DNA from: Azolla caroliniana
Lineage: Eukaryota > Plantae > Polypodiophyta
DNA length: 64,000 nucleotides
Assembly: GCA_043228905.1 (NCBI GenBank)
Contig: JBHGNT010000017.1
Location: 3,658,001 to 3,722,000, forward strand
Direction: 5' to 3'
This document shows positions 1-11,297 of this stretch, piece by piece (the stretch's first letter is position 1; every line of letters starts with the position of its first letter). The position numbers and the translations under genes are program-made. The notes under the pieces are model-generated. The model saw only the letters and a program-made list of their open reading frames with translations. It was not told the origin of the DNA and ran no database searches.

Positions 1-1205
1 ATCAGAGCAACGGTAACACAGAAAATGGAAGGCGGCAGCAGCGGGCAGCCGGGGATGATGGTGCTGAATGCGCAGAACTACGCCGACTGGAAGATAAAGA
101 TGGAGGATCTGCTCATTGTTCGGGACCTGTATGAACCGATTGACAGGTCGGAAATACCCAAGGGGGTACTTGAGACGGAATGGAGGCTTCTGAACCGGAA
201 AGCCGTTGCAACCATTCGGCAATACGTCGACGTGAGCGTTCTACAACATGTGGCGAACGACATCAACGCATATGAGATGTGGCGGAAGCTGTCGGGCCTC
301 TACGAGAGGAAGAATGCGTTGAACCGGACCTCCCTGATGAGAAAGATAGTGAACCTCAAGTACCGGGACGGCGAGAGTATGGTTGAACACGTAAGCACGT
401 TCATGGGATTCGTGAATCAGCTTGCGGCGATCAAGTTCCCGTTGGAGGATGCAATGCAAGCCATCATCCTGATGTGTACATTGCCGGATAGCTGGGAGAA
501 CTTGGTGGTGACTCTCAGCACCTCCTGCACCGAAGATAACTTGTCTCTACAAACGGTAAAGACAAGTATTTTGAACGAAGAAGCGCGTCGAAGAGATAAA
601 GAACCGGCCTCCGACTCGAAGGCGCTGCTTACCGAATCGGAACGGGGAAGACAATGGAACCGGAGTCCGCAAAGACGGGAGAAGTCGGGGACCCGGTCGC
701 AGTCAAGAGGAAGGCCCACGTGCTTCCACTGTGGGAAGCCGGGGCACTTCCGGAAGAATTGTCGGCATTACCGAAAGGACAACGGAGCCGACGACACCGA
801 TTCGAAGAAGTCACCGGAGAGAAACGGTGCATACCGGGGAGCCACGGACCGGAGAGGTCCGGATCGGCGAGGGCAGGACTGGAAAGGAACGACGGCACTC
901 GCGGCAAGTGAAGAAGAGATAATGCTCATTACCGAAGAGAGGGAGCTGAACCTTGCCGGTGAAGAGATGACCTGGGTGGTCGATTCCGGAGCGTCGTTCC
1001 ACCTGACCCCGGAGAAGAAATACTTCTCATCCTACACAGCCGGTGAGCATGGCTGTGTCCGGATGGGAAATGAAGATACATGCCGGATTGCCGGCATAGG
1101 AGACGTATGGCTGATGACATCAACCGGATGCAAGATGCTGCTGAAGGATGTACGACACGTTCCGGAGGTCCGATTGAACCTGATTTCGGCCGGGAGGCTA
1201 GACGA

Positions 1206-2013
1206 TGTCGTGCCTTTCGGCTCCGGATCGTTGCGTGAGTCGGGTGGGAACCACAGAGGTCTTGGACTAGGAGAAAGAAGTTCGTGAGATAGAGATTAAT
1301 TACGAGTAAATAGCAAAGAGAAAGATAAGAAACTCGTGAATCACACGAGTATACTATATTAATTGGTACTTAGGGTGTTAAGAGAGAAGTAGATGTATAA
1401 ATCGTGAATCCCACGAATAAATTTTGTATTGATTAATTCTTAATCCAAATAATCAACAACCCTTTACATATTTCTCTCCTCCTTATATAAGGAAAGAAGA
1501 GCTAAGCATGGCTTCATGCTTCTTTTTTTTTACAAAAAGTGTTCATGTCCACTAAATGTGCATGTGATGCTTTTTTATTTCCTAAGTATAGGGCTCATGC
1601 ACGCTAGATGTGCATGAGTTATTTTTAGTGTCTCGTGTTTTTCTTTTTCATATATTAAAAAATACACAATTTACCTTTTAATAAAGGTATGCATAAATAA
1701 AGGTCTTATACGTATTAAATCTATATTTAAAACACTTAAGATAAGTTAATGTAATGGTAAGGTTGGGGTTTATCAACGTGGAGGTGCAGAGTTCGAATCA
1801 CGCCCTGCGCAGTAGTGAGTATTTCCTTTTTTTTACATTTATGTCTCTTTATCCGGCTCTTCCTTGCCGGTATGCCGTTTTCTTCCTTGCCGGTATGCCG
1901 TTTTTCCTCCTTGCCGGTATGCCGTTTTCTTCCGGTTCTCACCAAGCACTCCATTCTCTATCCGGAGGGACAAAAATATAATTTCCACATAGTGTGCAAC
2001 CTACACTACGACA
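1206..2013 (-). mobile_element. Solo LTR (808 bp) nested in the Copia protease region
   Basis: Termini TGTCGT...ACGACA, flanked by ACGA at 1202-1205 and 2014-2017. TATA at about 1483-1490 is followed on the minus strand by AATACAA and a CT-rich tract, which suggests minus orientation. Internal ~22-25-bp tandem repeat CTTCCTTGCCGGTATGCCGTTTT at about 1858-1930. Confidence 0.88.
1740..1812 (+). promoter_or_regulatory. tRNA-like Pol III A/B-box cassette inside the solo LTR
   Basis: A-box-like TAATGTAATGG at 1747-1757 and B-box-like GAGTTCGAATC at 1789-1799, at tRNA spacing (T8 to G53 = 44 nt). Shares GGTAAGGTTG with the Gypsy LTR cassette. Confidence 0.6.
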
Positions 2014-4920
2014 ACGATGAAGGCTACACGGGTAGCATCCGGAACGGTGTCATGAAGTTCAGCAAAGGGAGCCTGATAGTGGCTCGGGCCCGGAAGGTAA
2101 ACACACTGTACCTGATGAATTCCCGGCTATGTCCGGAGGAGCTGAACGTGGCAGTCGACACTGTCGGTGAGCTGTGGCACAAGAGACTGTGCCACATGAG
2201 TGAGAAGGGGATGAAGAGGCTTGCAGAAGACAACCTCATTCCAGTGAAGCATGTGCACCTGGAGAAGTGCACCGACTGCCTGGCCGGTAAGCAAAACCGG
2301 ACCTCCTTCCACTCAAGGCCACCGACGAGACGTAGCGCACCATTGGAGCTGGTGCACACTGACGTGTGTCAAGTAGAAACGAAGTCACATGGCGGAGCCC
2401 AGTACTTCGTGACATTTATTGATGACCACAGCCGGAAGCTGTGGACGGCACCGTTGAAGACAAAGGACCAAGTGTTGTGCGTCTTCAAAGAACTCCACGC
2501 GAGAGTGGAAAGGGAATCCGGCAAGAAGCTGAAAGCGATACGAGCGGATAACGGAGGGGAATACCGGGGGCAGTTCCAGGAGTACTGTCGCTCGAAGGGA
2601 ATCCGACTCGAGTTTAGTGTGCCGAAGACGCTGGAACTGAACGGGCTGGCCGAGAGGATGAACCGGACCATAATGGAGAGGGTCCGGAGTATGCTGGCGC
2701 ATGCGAAATTACCCAAGGGGTTTTGGGCTGAGGCAATGTCGACGGCGACATATGTGATAAACCGATCACCCTCAGTACCTTTGGACGGAGACACGCCGCA
2801 GAGAGTGTGGACCGGTAGGGAAGTATCCTACCGGCATCTGAAGGTGTTCGGGTGTCTCGCATACGTGCATGTGGCAAAGGACCGGAGAGGAAAGTTAGAT
2901 CCAAAGACCCGGCCATGCATATTCCTCGGTTACGGCGACGACGAGTTCGGCTACCGAGTATGGGACCCGGTCGACAAGAAGATATTCAGGAGTCGAGATA
3001 TCATCTTCATGGAGGACAAGACACTCGCCGACTGGGAGTCGGAGAAGAAGATGAAGAGCTCCAAGTCGACCGGTGAGAATCAACTCTACGAGGAGCAGTC
3101 CCGACCGGCAAGGGACCAGTTAGCACTCGAGGATCCGGCCGAAGACGCTGAAGAAACAGAACCGGCCGAGGAAGATGAAACTGATACCGGAACCAGCCCC
3201 GATCCCGAAATGGATTCGGATGAAGAGGAAACGGAGGAGCCGGTTACCGAAGCTCCGGAACGGAGATATCCTCTAAGAGAGAGAAGGGCCCCCCGGAGAT
3301 TTCCGGAACCAGAGCACGTGCTGCTAACCGACGAGGGGGAGCCGGAGAGCTTTGAAGAAGCAAAGCACGACACCCAGAGCCGCAGGTGGTTGAGTGCCAT
3401 GCAGGACGAGATGGATTCCCTGCATGAGAACCACACATATGAACTTGTGGAGTTGCCGAAAGGAAAGCGGGCACTTCGAAACAAGTGGGTGTTCAAGCTG
3501 AAACCGGGAGATGCCGGAAACCCCCCGAGATACAAAGCCAGGATCGTGGTGAAGGGGTTTCAGCAGAAGAAGGGCGTCGACTTCGACGAGATATTTGCCC
3601 CGGTAGTGAAGATGACCTCCATCCGGACGGTGCAGAGCATAGCGGCAAGCATGGACCTCGAGGTAGAATAGATGGACGTGAAGACGGCATTCCTTCACGG
3701 TGACCTCGAAGAAGAGATCTACATGCAGCAACCGGAAGGATTCGAGAAGAAAGGGAAGGAGCACCTGGTATGCCGGTTGAAGAAGAGCCTTTACGGACTA
3801 AAGCAGGCTCCCCGGCAATGGTACCGGAAGTTCGACTCTTTCATGACCGACGAAGGGTACCACAAAACGCAGTCCGATCACTGCGTGTTTGTGAAGAAGT
3901 TCGAAGGAGGAGACTCTCTAATACTCCTCCTGTACGTGGACGACATGTTGATCGTCGGACGGGACCAGGTCAAGATACAGATGCTGAAGAAGGCTCTTCA
4001 CCGAACCTTCTCAATGAAGGACTTGGGTCCGGCGAGACAAATACTAGGGATGCATATCATCCGGGACCAGAGCAAGAAGCAGTTGTGGCTGTCACAGGAG
4101 AAGTACGTGACAAAGGTGCTTGAACGGTTCAACATGTCGGAAGCAAGACCGGTCGGATCAACCCTCCCGGCAAACTGCAAGTTGTCCAGCAAGCAAAGCC
4201 CCAAGACAAAGGCTGAGAAGGAGGATATGATGAAAGTACCATATGCCTCTACCGTTGGAAGCTTGATGTACGCAATGGTGTGTACAAGACCGGACATAGG
4301 ATATGCAGTCGGAGTGGTGAGCCGGTACATGAGCAATCCCGGCAAAGAGCACTGGAACGCAGTCAAGTGGATACTCCGATACCTGAAGGGCACGGCAAAC
4401 GTGTGCCTCCGATTCGGCTCCGGTAAGTCCGAACTCGATGGCTTCACCGATTCGGATATGTCGGCTGATGCAGATACCAGCCGGTCCACATCAGGTTATG
4501 TGATGACGTATGCAGGGGGAGCTGTTTCATGGCAGTCGAGGCTGCAGAAGACGGTTGCACTGTCAACCACGGAGGCGGAGTACATGGCGGCTGTTGAAGC
4601 CGGCAAGGAAATAATATGGATGAAGGACTTCATTAGAGAGCTCGGTATCCGGCAGGTGGAGTACCGACTCTACTGCGACAGTCAGAGTGCCATCCACCTT
4701 GCGAAGAACGCGGCCTATCACTCCCGGACGAAGCACATCCAGCGTAGATACCACTGGATCCGGGAAAGGATAGAAGACAAGGAGTTCGTGCTGGCGAAGA
4801 TCCATACGGACGAGAACGGGTCGGATATGCTGACCAAGGTACTTACACCCGACAAGCTGGAAGCATGCCGGAAGAGGATCGGATTGGAGAGACATCCCAT
4901 GCCGAAGTGAAGGGGGAGTT

Positions 4921-5554
4921 TGTTGGGATTTACGGTCCCTCCGGATGGGATGTCCGGAGATGAATGACGGCAAGCCCGGAGGCTGTTTCGGAACCGTATG
5001 ATGAAGAGTACCCGGCATGAGGCCGGATGAAGAGTACCCGGTTACGGAGCCGGATGATGAAGACCCCAGTTACGGAGCCGGATGACGTATGTACCCGGAG
5101 AGAGAGATCCGGATGCGGGGACATATTTGTGAATATGTTTGCCAAGGGCCCTTGAGGTTATATTTGTAAATAGCCCGAAAGTCATATATGTATAAATATG
5201 ACTTAGGGCAAACAGTTTATGTTGTTGCTCATTTTTCTGTTTCACTTAGAGAGAGTGAAGAGAGCAGCCGCGAGAGAGAGAGAGAGACGAAGAGGTCGTT
5301 GCCTCTGTGTATTGCCGCCCCCTGTGGCGAAGACAGTGAGCCCAAGGTTGTTGCCTTGAAGCTTCACCATTGTACATCCCTGTTCATAGTGATAGTTGGA
5401 GTTTGAGGACTCCCGTGGTTTTTTTTTCCATTTAGGGTTTTCCACGAAAAATATCCTGTGTACTCTTCTCTCTATAGTCTTCGTGTACTTTGTATTTCCT
5501 ATTTTCTGTGAGTTGATCCTATTCCTCGGTTGTGGCCGAGCATCGTTTGCAACA
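4921..5554 (+). repeat. Copia 3' LTR
   Basis: Follows the PPT. TGTTG...CAACA termini. TATAAATA at about 5191. Internal repeats of GCCGGATG(ATG)AAGAGTACCCGG at about 4995-5100. Confidence 0.9.
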
Positions 5555-5934
5555 TCATGAACATCAACTCGATACAACATATTGAGTTCATGTTTAAAAA
5601 ACTTCTTGTTTTTCAAATAAAAGAGGTTTTTTAAACATGAACTCCAATTATACTGAAATCTATGTTTTTACAAGAGAAAAAGATGCATATCGATACTGCA
5701 AAGATGTATGTTGCACAACAAGATACCTTATGGTGAACATGTGCTTCATTGATTAGCAAAAAACCATTAATAATTGTATTGATAGTAATTGAACTTTGCA
5801 AATGCCATTTACTTCACAAATTTTGTAGGGGAATTCTCAAAAGGAAGAAGAGGATAACATTGTAGATACCTTCATAACTGTGTGATATGTTCAAATTGAT
5901 ATATTAATGTTCACATCTAAAGTTACACAGCTTC

Positions 5935-6367
5935 TGTCATAGACACGATGGAATGTAGGGGGTTGAACCCATCACCTCTTGGTTTTATTGGGCAACCTTA
6001 CCAATTGAGCTACATTCCATATTGTATAAGTTTCAACTTATTACATTGTAAGTTAATCACTAGAACTTTCAAGAAGCTTCTAGAGAATGCATAGACATGC
6101 ACTCTCTAGAAGTTTCCATGCATTCTCTAGATCTTTCCTAGCTTACATGCATACCACCACATTCTTGTATAAATACTTCGGTGGACCTTGATTACAATCA
6201 AGGTGAACAACACCAGTTACGGAAACATAATTTAGTTCTCGCTCTTTTGTCTACCCTCTCTCTCTTGTTCTCTTGTCTATGCTCCTCTCTATCTATATAT
6301 CTATCTTTCTCTCTTTCTTAATATTGAGCTCGCCTACTTGTCCTTTCCCTCGCCTACGTCTGTAACA
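5935..6367 (+). repeat. Gypsy-1 5' LTR
   Basis: Direct repeat of 10853-11297. TATAAATA at 6168-6175. Confidence 0.95.
5948..6020 (-). promoter_or_regulatory. tRNA-like cassette in U3 of the Gypsy-1 5' LTR (antisense)
   Basis: Minus strand reads TGGAATG-TAGCTCAATTGG-TAAGGTTGCCCAATAAAACCAAGAGGTGAT-GGGTTCAACCC-CCTA-CATTCCA: perfect 7-bp acceptor-like stem, A box, B box and tRNA length. The anticodon arm does not fold. Confidence 0.8.
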
Positions 6368-6394
6368 GTTTATTCACCTTCCCTTCTTGTTACC

Positions 6395-9300
6395 ATGTCT
6401 GACTCGACCTTAAACCAAGTAATGGCAGCCTTGGAGCAACTTCAATTAGAAAATGAAAGCCTTCGTCAGTCATTGCGATAGCTTCAAAATAGCACAGCCA
6501 ACAATCCTTCACCCGTTCAGCCTCACCTTCCGTCAGCATCTAACCCAACCGCTTCCTCTTCCCATTCATATGTCCTCGAACCTAACGTCAGCCTACCGAG
6601 ACCTCATCACTCCTCCTAGACAACTTTCCTGCCTTCCTTGCGGAGCTTGAAGCCACATTTAGAAAGACAGATCGGCAACAAACAACACTCACGAAACTCT
6701 ATTCCTTACAACAAGGCTCTCGTCCAGCTTCCGTTTATGTTCCAAAGTTTCGTCAGATCGCGTGCGATGTCAGCTGGGATGAGCAAGCTTTATGCGACCA
6801 GTTTCGTCAAGGCCTCCAACATTATATCAAGACTCTTCTCTTAAACTTTCCGGAGCCCATGTCATTGTCCCAAGTAATCTCCCAAGCCGTTCAATGTGAT
6901 AATCGTCTTTTTGAGCTTCGACAAGAGGAACGGGGGACTCGAGGTTTTCCATCTTCCTCTCGCAATGCTCCACTCACACGGCCATATATATCAGTTTCGC
7001 CAAGCACGCCACGGCTGCCTTCTTCCAATCGTGCTCATACCGCAATGGAGGTCGATCCCCGTACCCCAATGGACATCGACCATGCTCGGTTGCAACCATT
7101 AACCGATGCCCAATGGCAACATCGACGTGACAATGGCCTCTGCCTCTATTGTGGTACCTCCGGCCATGTCATCCGCCACTGCCCGATGCGAAGCCCTCGT
7201 CATCAATCCCACCGTGCACGTCTTGTAGAGGTTTCTCGACAACAAGAAAACAACCGTGCATATCTTGCGGAGGTTTCTGAACAACAGGAAAACGAGCAAG
7301 TCTAGCTGCAGTAGGAGGCATGTTGTTGGACACTTTCTGTCGCCCTAGTTCTTCGTGCTCCTACAATTCAGTCACGCCAGTAGGAGGTTTTACTTTGCAA
7401 GTAAGTCGTTGTTTTGGGTCTATTTCAATAAAATCCCATGCCTTGCTCAATTCTGGTGCATCTACTTGTTTCATTGATATCGCGTTCCTCCAAGCACATA
7501 AAATCCCAACCGTCCGCACAGCACAACCCATATCCGTTGAAGCTATCAACGAACGGGTTCTCTATTCAGGGGTGGTTACACCAGGAGCTATTAACATTCT
7601 ACCTCATTGCAACCCCTCGTCATCTGATTGTTTTAGGGCTCTCCTGGTTGGAAACACACAATCCAATGGTGGATTGGTGTAGCTGCTCCATCACTTTTCC
7701 ATAAAAACACCAGTGCGGGCACTTTCCACAAACATTGTTAGTTGTGTGGGGGCTGCTTTCAGCTTAGGTGCACATTCTTTTGATTTCAACTCAGTCTCCG
7801 ACGTTGCCAATTCCGTTGTGGCCGATTCTAGCGTGGTCACGTCCGTGCCCGTTGTGTCATAGGACGTCCCTACTCCTGTCACCAATTTGCCCGCAAGATA
7901 TAGAGATTTTTTGGATGTATTCGAAAAGTGAAATGCAGACTGGTTGCCGGCACATCGCCCCTATGATTGCCCAATCGAACTCCAAGATGGCGCACACCCA
8001 CCATTTAGGCCCATCTATGGGCTATTTGAACCCGAACTTGAGGCCCTTCGCACATATCTGGATGAAAACCTCGCCAAGGACTTCATTCAACCCTCCAAAT
8101 CACCAGCTGGAGCCCCAATCTTATTTGTTAAAATGAAGGACGGCTCATTATGCCTATGTGTGGATTATCGGGGTCTCAACAAAATTACGGTACGTAATCG
8201 TTACCCCTTGCCTTTAATTCCAACACTTCTTGACCGACTTCTAACCGGGTGTATCTTCTCCAAAATCGACCTTCGGGGAGCCTACAATCTGGTGCGTATC
8301 AAGCTAGGAGACGAGTGGAAAATGGCCTTCCGAACACACTATGGAAATTTCAAGTACAAGGTGATGCCTTTTGGTCTCACCAATGCCCCTGCGGTCTTTC
8401 AACACATGATGAACAATATATTTCGGGAGTATCTCGATCACTTCGTGGTGATCTACCTTGACGACATTTTAGTTTTTTCTTCCAACATAGAGGAGCACAC
8501 CCAACACGTCTGATTGGTCCTATCCGAACTTCGGGAACATGGACTTTACGCCAAAAGTGAGAAATGTGAATTCGATCGGACCTCTGTCGAATTCCTCGGC
8601 TACGTGATTTCACCCTCCGGGATCACAATGGATGCACGCAAGGTAGCGGCAATCATCGATTGGCCTATCCCTACTCGATTGAAAGAGGTACAATCATTTC
8701 TTGGTTTTGCAAATTTCTATCGACGATTTATCAATGGTTTTTCGTCTTTAGTACAACCTCTAATCATCCTTACAAGAAAAGATACTCCATTTCTTTGGAC
8801 CTCTGCGGCACAACATGCTTTTGATGCCCTCAAGGCAACTTTTCTCACAGCCTCAGTGTTGGTTCACCCCGACCCCACAAGGCCCTTCCAAATCGAAACC
8901 GATGCCTCCAACTTTGCCATTGGAGTTGTCCTATCCCAACCAGACGACGAGTGCACACTACGTCCTGTTGCCTTCTACTATCAGAAGTTTACCGCCCCAA
9001 AAATCAATTATCCAGTCTACGACAAGGAGTTGGCCGCAATCATATCTGCCTTCACCGAATGGCGAACCTATTTGGCTAGGGCCCAACATCGCATCCAGGT
9101 GCTAACCGACCACAAAAATCTAATTTACTTCACCACCAGTCGTACATTGAATCGGAGGCAAGCCCGATGGTCATCTTTTCTCGCCGACTACGACTTTGAG
9201 ATCTTGTTTCGACCCGGAGTTCAACATGGGAAAGATGATGCCCTCTCTCGGCGACTTGATTTTGCATTGCGCCCAGGAGATGATGCATATTCAAAACAAT

Positions 9301-10835
9301 CCCATTGTTTGTTGCGGCCTGATCAACTTCAAATGTTCGCCACATGCATGTTACATGATGATTCTTTGCTCAACAAGATCGCCACGGCAACCGTGTCAAA
9401 CCCATTCGCCAAAGAAATCATGGGCCGCATTAATGACCCATCTTCGCACATGAGAAGCTCATATCTCAACCAATTTACAACCCAAGATGGGTTACTATAT
9501 CGTAATCATCTCTTGTACGTTCCCGAAGGATCATGTCGTACACGGGTTCTACAAAACTGTCATGATGATCCTCTTGCCGGCCACTTTGGGGTTATGAAAA
9601 ACCTGGAATTGCTATCTCGAGGGTTTTGGTGGCCCCAACCTTGGAAATTTGTCAAGGAATTTATCAAGACATGTGATGTATGTGCTCGGTCCAAAACGCC
9701 TCACCATCAGCCATATGGTCTTCTCCACCCGCTCCCCATTCCACGTCGACCATGGGTCTCCCTATCCATGGACTTTATCACCGACCTCCCTCTGGTTGGT
9801 GGACATGACACGGTGCTAGTCATTGTCGATCGGTTTTCGAAGATGGCTCACTTTGTTCCATGTTCCAAAACCATTTCGGGGGAAGAGACTGTTGATCTTT
9901 TTCTTAAAAATGTTGTTCGATTACATGGCTTACCTGAGGATATCACCTCTGATCAAGGTTCTTAGTTCATTTCCCACTTTTGGCGACGATTTCTACAAAC
10001 ATTCAGGACTTCTGTTAACTTGTCCTCAACATACCATCTTCAAACTGATGGACAAACGGAGCGAGTCAACCAAATCCTCGAACAATACCTTCGGTATACC
10101 GTGAGCTACCAACAGGAGGATTGGGTGGACTTCCTTGCAATGGCGGAATTTGCTTACAATAATAGTATCCATGCTTCAACTAAGGTTTCCCCCTTCTTTG
10201 CAAACTATGGATTTCACCCTCGTTTCAGCATTTCCATACCTGCAACTTCGGTCAATCCTTCGGCAGAGACGCGTGACCACGCTTTACATGATGTCCATTG
10301 TGACCTCTCCTTGGAGCTCCGTGTTGCTGGCGACCACTCTAAAGATCAAGCAGACCAACATCACTTAGCTGCACCAACGTTTGCAATCGGGGACATGGTT
10401 TGGTTGTTACGTCGTCACATCGCCACCACACGTCTTTGTGCAAAATTGGACTACAAAAGACTAGGCCCCTTTCGTATCATCGAGAGGATCAACCCAATCG
10501 CCTTCCGGTTAGCACTTCCTCGAACATTCAGAATTCACGATGTTTTTCACGTTTCCCTCCTCGAACTCTACCATCCTTCTCGAATTCCAAGACGACACCC
10601 TCCTCCACCGCCACCTGTGGAATTGTCGACGGGCGAAAAATATTAGGTTGGCCAAATCCTTGACTCTTGATATCGTCGTCGACAGCTCCAATATTTGGTC
10701 TTATGGAAAGGGTACCCCATTTCGGACGCCACATGGGAACCAGTTACACATTTACAAAATGCTCCGGAGGCCATTCGTGAATGCAATTTTCATCAACGAT
10801 ACCCACATAAGCCAACCGCGAGACCCGAGAGGCGG
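6395..10835 (+). pseudogene. Gypsy-1 gag-pol (gag, PR, RT, RNaseH, integrase, chromodomain)
   Basis: Motifs: CLYCGTSGHVIRHC; ALLNSGASTCF; [20 protein letters not shown]; RH IETDASNFA/YDKEL; IN HHCC with SMDFITDLP and DGQTERVN; chromodomain QYLVLWKGYPISDATWEP at about 10690-10745. Confidence 0.93.
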
Positions 10836-10852
10836 CCTTAGAGGGAGGATAA

Positions 10853-11297
10853 TGTCATAGACACGATGAAATGTAAGGGGTTGAACCCATGACCTGTTGG
10901 TCTTATTGAGCAACCTTACCAATTGAGCTACATTCCATCTATGCATTATTGTATTGTATAAGTTTCAACTTATTACATGTCAGTTAATCACTAGAACTTT
11001 CAAGAAACTTCTAGAGATGCATAGACATGCACTCTCTAGAAGTTTCCATGCATTCTCTAGATCTTTCCTAGCTTACATGCATACCACCACATTCTTGTAT
11101 AAATACTTCGGTGCACCTTGATTACAATCAAGGTGAACAACACCAGTTACGGAGGCATAATTTAGTTCTCGCTCTTTTGTTTACCCTCTCTCTCTCATTC
11201 TCTTGTCTATGCTCCTCTCTATCTATATATCTATCTTTCTCTCTTTCTTAATATTGAGCTTGCCTACTTGTCCTTGCCCTCGTCTACATCCGTGACA
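10853..11297 (+). repeat. Gypsy-1 3' LTR (with tRNA-like cassette at about 10866-10938 on the minus strand)
   Basis: Direct repeat of 5935-6367 after the PPT. The cassette reads TAGCTCAATTGG...AGGTCATGGGTTCAACCC on the minus strand. Confidence 0.95.

Larger units (their letters stand above)
25..4910 (+). pseudogene. Copia gag-pol polyprotein, disrupted
   Basis: Motifs: CCHC knuckle CFHCGKPGHFRKNC; protease WVVDSGASFH; GAG-pre-integrase LWHKRLCH; integrase VHTDVC/IRADNGGEY/NGLAERMN; RT LLYVDDML; RNaseH FTDSD/STTEAEY. Removing 1206-2017 restores the reading RLDDEGY in frame. One TAG at 3669-3671 replaces the expected Q of EQMDVKTAF. Confidence 0.95.
1..5554 (+). mobile_element. Ty1/Copia LTR retrotransposon (5' LTR outside window), interrupted by a solo LTR
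   Basis: Window opens with ATCAGAGC, the tail of the tRNA-iMet PBS TGGTATCAGAGC. Domain order is gag-PR-IN-RT-RNaseH. PPT GAAGGGGGAG at 4909-4918. 3' LTR TGTTG...CAACA at 4921-5554. Confidence 0.97.
5935..11297 (+). mobile_element. Ty3/Gypsy chromovirus (Tcn1/Tf1-sushi-like), full length, decayed
   Basis: LTRs at 5935-6367 and 10853-11297 (TGTCAT...ACA, about 95% identical by eye). PPT AGAGGGAGGA at 10840-10849. Order gag-PR-RT-RH-IN-chromodomain, with stops and frameshifts. TSD unclear (GCTTC vs GTTTT). Confidence 0.96.

Noticed and set aside
3669-3671. Programmed stop-codon readthrough in Copia RT
   Set aside because: The TAG replaces the conserved Q of QMDVKTAF; a simple C-to-T mutation explains it.
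5948-6020. Functional tRNA gene
   Set aside because: The D, anticodon and T stems do not pair properly and the sequence is part of an LTR. Kept only as a tRNA-like cassette.
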